This document shows positions 56,862-64,000 of a DNA stretch of 64,000 nt, piece by piece. The notes below the pieces were generated by a model. The model had not been told where the DNA came from, searched no databases, and saw only the letters and a list, made by a program, of their open reading frames with translations. Position numbers and translations under genes: made by a program. Source of the stretch: an uncultured delta proteobacterium (GTDB taxonomy: Bacteria > Desulfobacterota > Binatia > HRBIN30 > BPIQ01); contig CAVXGR010000011.1 in NCBI GenBank assembly GCA_963761335.1, forward strand, positions 480,001 through 544,000, given 5' to 3'. The stretch's first letter is position 1; every line of letters begins with the position of its first letter.

Positions 56862-59800
56862 ATGAGGTATCGAGCAAAGCAGAATCCCACGCGAAGAAAA
56901 TCCTTCGTCCCCGTTCTCTGGACCCTTCCGCTGCTGCTGGCACTGGCCGGCACCAGTCTCGCCTCGGGCATCATCGACACAATGGTCGGAGGCTCGAACG
57001 GCGACGGCTACCCCGCAGACGTTGCGACCTCCAATCCGAAGGGCCTCGCGCTCGACCCCAGCGGCAACCTCTTCTTCGCCGACACCTTCGACAATCGCGT
57101 TCGCCGGGTGGATGAGCGGACGAACATCATTACCAGCGTCGCCGGCATCGGCCTCTTCGGCTACTCGGGCGACGGGGGACCAGGAACCGAGGCCAAGCTC
57201 GGATACCCGACCGGCGTTGCCAGCGACTCGCAGGGCAACATCTACTTCGCCGACCAGCTGAACCATCGGGTGCGCCGCATCGACCACTTCACCGGCATCA
57301 TCATCACCGTCGCCGGCAACGGCTCGTCCGGCTACGGCGGCGACGGCGGCCTCGCCACCAGCGCCAAGCTGAACTACCCGAGCGGCGTGTCCATCGCCGC
57401 CGACGGCAGCCTGCTGATCGCCGACAGCAGCAACAACAGGATCCGGCGGGTGGCGGCCGGCATCATCACCACCGTCGCCGGCACGGGAGTCAGCGGCTAC
57501 GATGCGTCCTCCGAGGGCGCCCCCGCCAATCAGTCCAGAGTGAGCAATCCCACCGACGTGGTCGCCGACTCGCAAGGCGGCTACTACATCGCCGATCGCG
57601 GCAACTGCCGCATCCGCTACGTCGACGGTCTCAGCGCCAACGCCAGGATCTTCACCATCGCCGGCATCTCGACCTGCGGCTTCTCGGGCGACGGCGGACC
57701 GGCGATCGAGGCCAAGCTCAACGGCCCGCAGTACCTGTCGCTGTATGCCGATCACTTCCTCTACGTCGCCGAGCTGATCACGCCGCGGGTTCGCCGCATC
57801 GATCTCTCCACCGGCATCATCAGCAGCTACGCCGGCGTCGGCTTCCCGGGCTACGACGGCGACGGCGGCCCGGCGACGCAGGCGCACATCGACGGGCCGG
57901 CCGGCCTCGCCAACGACGCCGCCGGCGGCCTCTACATCGGCGAGTCCTCCGGCGGCCGCGTCCGCTACGTCGATCCCTCCGGGGTGATCAGCACGGTGGT
58001 GGGCGGCGGCAACGGCGACGGGCTGCCGGCAGACGTCGCCAAGGTCGAGCCGCAGCGCATGACCTTCGACCGCGACGGCAACCTGCTGATCAGCGACCGC
58101 GGCACCAACAGCGTGCGCCGCATCGACGCGCTGACCAACGTCACCTCGACGCTGGCGGGATCAGGCGTGTACGGGTACTCCGGCGACGGCGGCCTCGCCA
58201 CCGCCGCGAAGCTCGCCTACCCGACCGGCCTCGCCGCCGACAACGACGGCAACGTCTACGTGGTCGACCAGCTCAACCAGCGCGTCCGCCGCATCGACCG
58301 CAACGGCGTGATCACCACCTTCGCCGGCAACGGCTCGAGCGGCTACGGGGGCGACGGCGGCCCGGCCACCTCGGCGAGGCTCAACTACCCGCAAGGTGCG
58401 ACCCTGGCGCCGGACGGCAGCCTGGTGATCGCCGACTCCAGCAACCAGCGCGTGCGCCGCGTCAGCCCACAGGGCATCATCACCACCATCGCCGGCAACG
58501 GCCTGCTCGGCTACAGCGGCGACGGCGTCGCCGCCACCAGCACCCGCCTCAGCAACCCCACCGACGTGGCCTACGACGACGCCGGCAACCTCTACATCGC
58601 CGATCGCAACAACTGCCGCGTGCGCCTGGTCGACGTCAACGGCATCATCAGCACCATCGCCGGCAGCGGCGGCTGCGCCTTCGGCGGCGACGGCGGCCCG
58701 GCCACGCAAGCCTATCTCAACGGACCGCTGGTCCTCGCCTGGGACCCGCGCGGCGCCCTCTACATCGCCGAGGAGTTCATGCCGCGGGTGCGCCAGGTCG
58801 ACCTCGGCTCCGGAATCATCACCACCTACGCCGGCACCGGTGTGCCCGGCTACAGCGGCGACGGCGGCCCCGCCAACCAGGCGCAGTTGAAGCGCACCAG
58901 CGGCGTGCTCGTCGACGCCGGCTTGCGCCTGCTCTACATCGCCGACTCCGACGCCCAGAACATCCGCAGCGTCGAGCTCGACAGCAGCAATCCGCCGGCG
59001 GCGACGGCAACGCCGACGCCGATCCCGTGGACACCGACGGCGCCGCCTACGCCGACGTCGACTCCGCTGCCGTCGACGCCAACACCGACACCGATCCCGT
59101 CGACGCCGACGGCACCGGCGACCGCCAGCCCGACGCGCACCGCGACGGTGACCCGGACGCCCACCCGCACCGGGACACCGACGCAAACGCCGACGGTGAC
59201 CCGGACGCCGACCTCGACCAACACTCCTTTCCTGACCTTCACGGCGACGCGGACGCTGACGCCAACCCGCACGGGAACGGCGACCCTCACGGCGACGCTG
59301 TCGCCGACACCGACCAGGACGGCGATTCCGCCGACCGCTACTCACACCGCGGTGCCGCCGACGGCGACCAGAACCCTCACCCCGACGCCGGCGTGGACAG
59401 CCACCCCGGCGGTCAACCTGGCGCTCGGCCAGGCAGCGGCACAGTCGAGCGTGCTGGACGGCGCCGTGCCCTCGCGGGCCGTTGACGGCAACACCAACGG
59501 CAACTGGAGCGGCGGCTCGGTCACCCACACCAACCTCAACCAGGATCCGTGGTGGCAAGTGGATCTCGGCGTCGTCGACTCGATCGCCAGCGTCGACGTG
59601 TGGAACCGCACCGACTGCTGCGGCGACCGGCTCAAGGGATTCTACGTGCTCGTCTCCGACGTCCCCTTCACCTCGACGGGGCTGGCCTCGACCCTGAGCC
59701 AGTCCGGTGTGTCGAGCTACTTCGTCGCCGGACAGGCCGGTAGCCCCACCAACGTCCCCGTGAACCGCTCCGGCCGCTACCTGCGCGTGCAGATCAGCGG

Positions 59801-61346
59801 GGCCCAGTACCTGGCGCTCGCCGAGGTGCAGGTGTGGCGCGGCAATGGGCCGATTCCGCCGACGGCGACGCCGACGAATACGGACACGCCGATGCCGGCG
59901 AGCACGGCGACACCGACCAGCGGCGGCGGGCTCATCGACATCGCCCTCCACCAGCCCGCCACGCAGTCGAGCACGCTCTCCGGCGCCGACGCCGCGCGCG
60001 CCGTCGACGGCAACACCAGCGGCAACTGGAACGACAACTCCCTCACCCACACCAACTTCGACTATCAGGGGTGGTGGCAGGTCGACCTGGGCACCGTGGC
60101 CCCGATCAACAGCATCGACGTCTGGAACCGCACCGACTGCTGCTCCGAACGTCTCAGCAACTTCTACGTCCTGGTCTCCGACACGCCGTTCACCTCGACC
60201 GACCTGAACGCGACCAGGAACCAGTCCGGCGTCTCCGCGTACTACGTCTCCGGAACCGCCGGCAGCCCGACCAGCGTTCCCGTGGATCGCAGCGGCCGCT
60301 ACGTGCGCGTGCAGCTGAGCGGCGCCGAGTACCTGGCGCTCGCCGAGGTGCAGATCTGGAGCAGTGGCGGGCCGCTACCGCCCACCTTCACGCCGACGGC
60401 GACTCCGGCCGGCGGCGGCGCCGGAGTGAACCTGGCGCTCGGGCAGCCGGCGTCGCAGTCGAGCACGATGATCGGCGCGGTGGCCAGCCGCGCCGTCGAC
60501 GGCAACACCAGCGGCAACTGGAGCGACGGCTCGGTCACCCACACCAACTTCGACTTCCAGGCGTGGTGGCAGGTCGACCTCGGCTCGGTGCAGTCGGTCG
60601 GCGACGTCGACGTGTGGAACCGCACCGACTGCTGCGGCGATCGGGTCACCTCGTTCTACGTCCTGGTGTCGGAATCGCCGTTCGCCAGCGACAACCTCGG
60701 CAACCTGCTCGACGATCCCGCGGTCACCGGCTTCTACGTCGACGGTCAGGCCGGGACGCCGACCACGGTCACGGTCAACCGCCTGGCGCGCTACGTGCGC
60801 GTGCAGCTGAGCGGCGCCAACTACCTGAACCTCGCCGAGGTCCAGGTGATGGGCGCCGGCGGACCGCTGCCGCCGACGCCGACACCGACGGCGACCGTGC
60901 AGATGGGCTCGACCAATCTCTCCCTCGGCCGGCCGGCGACGCAGTCCAGCACCATCGAGGGCGCCATCGCCGCACGCGCCGTCGACGGCAACACCAACGG
61001 CAACTGGTCAGCCGGCTCGGTCTCGCACACCAACTTCGACGTCGAGTCGTGGTGGCAGGTCGATCTCGGCGCCGTGCAGCCGATCAGCGTCGTCGACGTG
61101 TGGAACCGCACCGACTGCTGCGGCGACCGCCTGACGTCGTTCTACGTCCTGGTCTCCGACACGCCGTTCACCTCGAACGACCTGGATACGGCCAAGAGTC
61201 AGTCCGGTGTCAGCTCCTACTTCGTCAGCGGCCGCGCCATGACGCCGACCATGGTCGGCGTCAGCCGCACCGGCCGCTACGTGCGCGTCCAGTTCCCCCG
61301 GCAGGAATACCTGGCCCTCGCCGAAGTCCAGGTCTGGGGACAGTGA
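56862..61346 (+). CDS. Secreted adhesin-like protein: 12 NHL repeats, Pro/Thr stalk, four F-type lectin (fucolectin-like) domains
   Basis: Signal peptide; GYSGDGGPA/P.GL..D..GN..IAD..N.RVRR repeats; four copies of AVDGN...H-x26-R-x-D-x4-R. Confidence 0.9.
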   Translation: MRYRAKQNPTRRKSFVPVLWTLPLLLALAGTSLASGIIDTMVGGSNGDGYPADVATSNPKGLALDPSGNLFFADTFDNRVRRVDERTNIITSVAGIGLFGYSGDGGPGTEAKLGYPTGVASDSQGNIYFADQLNHRVRRIDHFTGIIITVAGNGSSGYGGDGGLATSAKLNYPSGVSIAADGSLLIADSSNNRIRRVAAGIITTVAGTGVSGYDASSEGAPANQSRVSNPTDVVADSQGGYYIADRGNCRIRYVDGLSANARIFTIAGISTCGFSGDGGPAIEAKLNGPQYLSLYADHFLYVAELITPRVRRIDLSTGIISSYAGVGFPGYDGDGGPATQAHIDGPAGLANDAAGGLYIGESSGGRVRYVDPSGVISTVVGGGNGDGLPADVAKVEPQRMTFDRDGNLLISDRGTNSVRRIDALTNVTSTLAGSGVYGYSGDGGLATAAKLAYPTGLAADNDGNVYVVDQLNQRVRRIDRNGVITTFAGNGSSGYGGDGGPATSARLNYPQGATLAPDGSLVIADSSNQRVRRVSPQGIITTIAGNGLLGYSGDGVAATSTRLSNPTDVAYDDAGNLYIADRNNCRVRLVDVNGIISTIAGSGGCAFGGDGGPATQAYLNGPLVLAWDPRGALYIAEEFMPRVRQVDLGSGIITTYAGTGVPGYSGDGGPANQAQLKRTSGVLVDAGLRLLYIADSDAQNIRSVELDSSNPPAATATPTPIPWTPTAPPTPTSTPLPSTPTPTPIPSTPTAPATASPTRTATVTRTPTRTGTPTQTPTVTRTPTSTNTPFLTFTATRTLTPTRTGTATLTATLSPTPTRTAIPPTATHTAVPPTATRTLTPTPAWTATPAVNLALGQAAAQSSVLDGAVPSRAVDGNTNGNWSGGSVTHTNLNQDPWWQVDLGVVDSIASVDVWNRTDCCGDRLKGFYVLVSDVPFTSTGLASTLSQSGVSSYFVAGQAGSPTNVPVNRSGRYLRVQISGAQYLALAEVQVWRGNGPIPPTATPTNTDTPMPASTATPTSGGGLIDIALHQPATQSSTLSGADAARAVDGNTSGNWNDNSLTHTNFDYQGWWQVDLGTVAPINSIDVWNRTDCCSERLSNFYVLVSDTPFTSTDLNATRNQSGVSAYYVSGTAGSPTSVPVDRSGRYVRVQLSGAEYLALAEVQIWSSGGPLPPTFTPTATPAGGGAGVNLALGQPASQSSTMIGAVASRAVDGNTSGNWSDGSVTHTNFDFQAWWQVDLGSVQSVGDVDVWNRTDCCGDRVTSFYVLVSESPFASDNLGNLLDDPAVTGFYVDGQAGTPTTVTVNRLARYVRVQLSGANYLNLAEVQVMGAGGPLPPTPTPTATVQMGSTNLSLGRPATQSSTIEGAIAARAVDGNTNGNWSAGSVSHTNFDVESWWQVDLGAVQPISVVDVWNRTDCCGDRLTSFYVLVSDTPFTSNDLDTAKSQSGVSSYFVSGRAMTPTMVGVSRTGRYVRVQFPRQEYLALAEVQVWGQ

Positions 61347-61469
61347 GGCAGGTTGTTGAGTTGTTAGGTTGTTGGTTGTGAGGTGCTCGGGGTCGGAATC
61401 GGCATCGATTCCGATCCCGACTGGTCAACCTAACAACCTAACAACCAACAACCTAACAACCTGCCCTTC

Positions 61470-62129
61470 TCACCGGCGGGCTTTGGTGCGCGTGCGCTGC
61501 TGGCGGCGCGCCGCGGCGCGGTTTCCGGAGGCGGCGACGGCCGGCTCGGGCACCTTCGGCTGCACCCAGCGGATCAGCTGGCGGAAGTGGACGCCGGCCC
61601 AGATGACCACTGGGAACAGCTGCGTGTCGAAGCTCTCGAAGAAGGCGTCGGTGAACTGGTAGATCGTGCGCTGGGTGTTGCTGTAGAACTCGAAGCTGAA
61701 GCCGCCGAGCTGCCAGGCCCAGGTGGACTTGATGGCCACCACCAGACCGATCACCTGGAGCGCCATGGCGACGCCGACGGCGATCCCCAGGCGCACGAAG
61801 CGCGCCCTCCAGGTCGGCGCCGGAGTGGCGAGCATGAGCGGGATCAGCAGCACCATGTTCGCCTGCACCCAGTCCGCCGGGATTCCCGGAGGGTGCAGGT
61901 GGGGGAACATGCGGTGCACGAAGAAGATGCCCCTGCCCTGCGCGAACACCGTGGTGGCGGCGCGCGTCGGCGGCGGTCCGAAGAGCTCGGTGGCGCGCAT
62001 GGCGACCTGCGCCATGGCGGCGAGCAGCCTGGTGTAGAACGGCGCCACGTACTCCCAGAGGAAGTAGGTCAGCGCGAAGAAGAACAGCAGGCGCGCCAGG
62101 AAGACGATGGGCTTAACGCCCAGGGGCAT
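61470..62129 (-). CDS. Exosortase H-associated membrane protein (putative)
   Basis: Overlaps the exosortase gene by 17 nt; multi-TM, LMLATP...R..RL.....G pattern echoing exosortase, no Cys. Confidence 0.7.
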   Translation of the reverse strand: MPLGVKPIVFLARLLFFFALTYFLWEYVAPFYTRLLAAMAQVAMRATELFGPPPTRAATTVFAQGRGIFFVHRMFPHLHPPGIPADWVQANMVLLIPLMLATPAPTWRARFVRLGIAVGVAMALQVIGLVVAIKSTWAWQLGGFSFEFYSNTQRTIYQFTDAFFESFDTQLFPVVIWAGVHFRQLIRWVQPKVPEPAVAASGNRAAARRQQRTRTKARR

Positions 62130-62655
62130 GCACGAATCGTCCGGCCCAGAAGAGCCAAGTTGCGACCGCCACCGCGACCACCAGCGCCTGGGCGATGTAC
62201 ACGTGCGTGTCGTGGAAGAGCTGGGCGTAGTAGATGCCGATCAGGAACAGGGCGACGACGCGGATCAGGTTCAAGCCGTTGATCACCAGAAGCCCCAGCA
62301 CGGAGCCGATCACCTTGGCGCGCGCCGACGCCGGGTACGCCAGAACCGCCGACAGATAGATCATGCTGGGCACCGCCCCCGAGCACGCCGGGCTGACGTC
62401 CACCTCGAACTGTCCGGAGCCGAGAATGGTGCCGTTGCGGCTGACGTCGAAGCCGAGGAAGTGGCCGACGCCGTCGAGAAACAGCCAGCTGAGAAAAGCG
62501 CTGACCCTCGCCAACCCGGAGGCGAGATCGATGCGCTCGACGATCGGGGTGTAGGTCAGCATGGTGAAGAACACCACGATGAGCAGCACGAAAAGGCTCA
62601 CCACCCGGATTCCCACCCAGTTGGCAACAATCATCTGGCGAATGCGATCAAACAT
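62113..62655 (-). CDS. xrtH: Exosortase/archaeosortase family protein, exosortase H-like
   Basis: 180 aa multi-TM; VSPAC91SG, AVLAYPA..KVIG, NLIR132VVALF, DTH151VYIAQ give the Cys/Arg/His triad. Confidence 0.87.
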   Translation of the reverse strand: MFDRIRQMIVANWVGIRVVSLFVLLIVVFFTMLTYTPIVERIDLASGLARVSAFLSWLFLDGVGHFLGFDVSRNGTILGSGQFEVDVSPACSGAVPSMIYLSAVLAYPASARAKVIGSVLGLLVINGLNLIRVVALFLIGIYYAQLFHDTHVYIAQALVVAVAVATWLFWAGRFVHAPGR

Positions 62656-62707
62656 CGAGGCGGGGGAACGGGCTGTCGGCGGATTCTACGGCGGGCTCGG
62701 TGAATGG

Positions 62708-62917
62708 TCAAGGTTGGGCGCCGGAGGAGGCTTGATATCCCGGGCAGGCGCGCACCGGCAGCGGCGGGTAGCGCGGCAGCTCCGGCCGGCGCGCCGACAG
62801 GCCGCACATGACGAACAGGGAGCCGCGGCGCGTGCGCACGGCGCGGCTGTGAACGCAGGTCGCGCACAGCCCCGCTCCGCGAGGAATGGCGCCTTCGACA
62901 GAGTATGGATCTTTCAT
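62708..62917 (-). CDS. Small conserved Cys-rich hypothetical protein
   Basis: GLCATCVH...RGSLFVMC.LS...PRYP.LPV..CPGY; four Cys, pattern familiar from other bacteria. Confidence 0.7.
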   Translation of the reverse strand: MKDPYSVEGAIPRGAGLCATCVHSRAVRTRRGSLFVMCGLSARRPELPRYPPLPVRACPGYQASSGAQP

Positions 62918-62999
62918 GGAGTATGGGGACAGCCTACATTTGCCTCTCGTCGTCTCTCGAAGGCAACAACCTCGTTCGCAAAGGTTGCCTGGGGCTGGC

Positions 63000-63118
63000 G
63001 GCTGTCTCGAAACCAGAGTAGAAGCGCCGTCCCGGCGCTTTCCGAAGCGGCGAGACGCCGCTTCTACCTTGGCCCGCGGGCCGGCGGAACCGTTTTGCCC
63101 GGGTTTTGAGACAGCCTC
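63000..63118. mobile_element. MITE-like element enclosing one family D REP
   Basis: ggctgtctcgaaacc ... ggttttgagacagcctc; reverse copy of the 39966-40106 core. Confidence 0.72.
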
Positions 63119-63238
63119 TAGTGTCCCGGGGTTACACTACGAGGGCCGGGGCCTTCGGTGAAGCATTCTTGCGCCGAAAAGGAGCACTGTCCCCAGCAAC
63201 CTTTTGACTTTGGCCCGCCGACATTTCAAGGATGCGGA

Positions 63239-63703
63239 ATGACATCGGGAGAGGGAGATGCCGGGGCGCTGCAGCGCCTCTCGCACCTGGGGATCTGCGT
63301 TTCCGACATGGAGCGCTCGTTGCGCTTCTACCGCGACGTCCTCGGCTTCCGCTATGTCTCGGAGCTGCAGGTGGCCGGCGAGCCGGGCAATACGCTCCTG
63401 CGGCTGCCCGACGTCGATCTGCGTGCCGTCTATCTCGAGCGCGACGGCACGCGCATCGAGCTGCTCCACTACCGCTCGCCGGGGCACAGCGGCGAGCCGC
63501 GGCCGCGGCCGATGAATCAGCTCGGCCTCACGCACCTCTCCTTCCGCGTCGTGGACCTCACGGCCGTCGTCGCGCGACTGGAAGCCGCCGGCACACACAT
63601 CCTCGCCGATACCCGTATCGACGTTCCGCAGGTCGGCGCCGCCGCCATCTTCGTCACCGACCCCGACGGCGTCCTCGTCGAGCTGGTTCAATCCCCCTCG
63701 TGA
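63239..63703 (+). CDS. VOC (glyoxalase/bleomycin resistance) family protein
   Basis: HLGICVSDMERSLRFYRDVLGF, IELL, HLSFRV, DPDGVLVELVQ. Confidence 0.92.
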   Translation: MTSGEGDAGALQRLSHLGICVSDMERSLRFYRDVLGFRYVSELQVAGEPGNTLLRLPDVDLRAVYLERDGTRIELLHYRSPGHSGEPRPRPMNQLGLTHLSFRVVDLTAVVARLEAAGTHILADTRIDVPQVGAAAIFVTDPDGVLVELVQSPS

Positions 63704-63770
63704 TTCGGCGACCCCCAACAGCCAGCACCTCACCAAAAGGCGGCCAAGATGGCCGCGCTCCCAGGAGGCC

Positions 63771-64000
63771 TCAGGGAATCACCAGCACCTTGAGGACGCC
63801 GGGCTCGGCGGCATGGTGCAGCGCCTCGGCGGCGCGCTCGAGGGGAAAGCGGGCAGCGATCAGCGAGGCGACCTCGACGCTGCCGGCGGCGAGCGCGGCG
63901 AGCGCCGGCGGAAAAGGACCGCAGCGCGAGCCCACCACGGTGATCTCGTTGATCACCAGCGGCGCCAGATCGATCTCGGCGGCGCCGGCGACGGTGCTCT
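63771..64000 (-). CDS. Zn-dependent alcohol dehydrogenase (MDR), C-terminal part; runs off window
   Basis: STVAG..IDLAPLVINEITVVGSRCGPF..AL...GVLKVL. Confidence 0.85.
   Translation of the reverse strand, partial: STVAGAAEIDLAPLVINEITVVGSRCGPFPPALAALAAGSVEVASLIAARFPLERAAEALHHAAEPGVLKVLVIP

Noticed and set aside
61250..61346. Adhesin as a direct exosortase substrate
   Set aside because: No C-terminal TM helix or basic tail.

Overview
High-GC bacterial chromosomal window with about 45 genes and one tRNA-Ala(CGC). The gene content and Pro/Thr-stalked secreted proteins suggest a Candidatus Binatia-like organism (inference only). Housekeeping and metabolic genes: two citrate synthases, PepP, PepN, a transaldolase-family protein, Xth plus LigD, an ACAD10/11-like kinase and dehydrogenase, an LLM oxidoreductase, enoyl-CoA hydratase and several hydrolases. 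There are also two GT2 + GT-C glycosylation loci and an ECF sigma / anti-sigma / Spy cluster. Main findings: (1) An exosortase H-like protein-sorting locus (61470-62655) lies near two tandem paralogous Cys-rich surface proteins that end in an unusual shared signal, RPPIPVV[AS][12 protein letters not shown] + TM + basic tail, apparently a variant of IPTL-CTERM; a large NHL / F-type-lectin adhesin sits between them. (2) Intergenic DNA is a mosaic of several palindromic repeat families, including an element with fixed non-inverted ends and exchangeable cargo that sits at a CAG site inside another repeat family, a four-layer nested palindrome, and three tandem arrays (225, 76 and 132/133 bp units). 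None is a CRISPR array, and no transposase is in the window. (3) The second citrate synthase, the sulfotransferase-fold protein and the transaldolase-family protein have altered active-site motifs. (4) A shared ECF-type promoter motif precedes the sigma gene and a Spy gene. All calls come from reading motifs by eye; no database searches were run.
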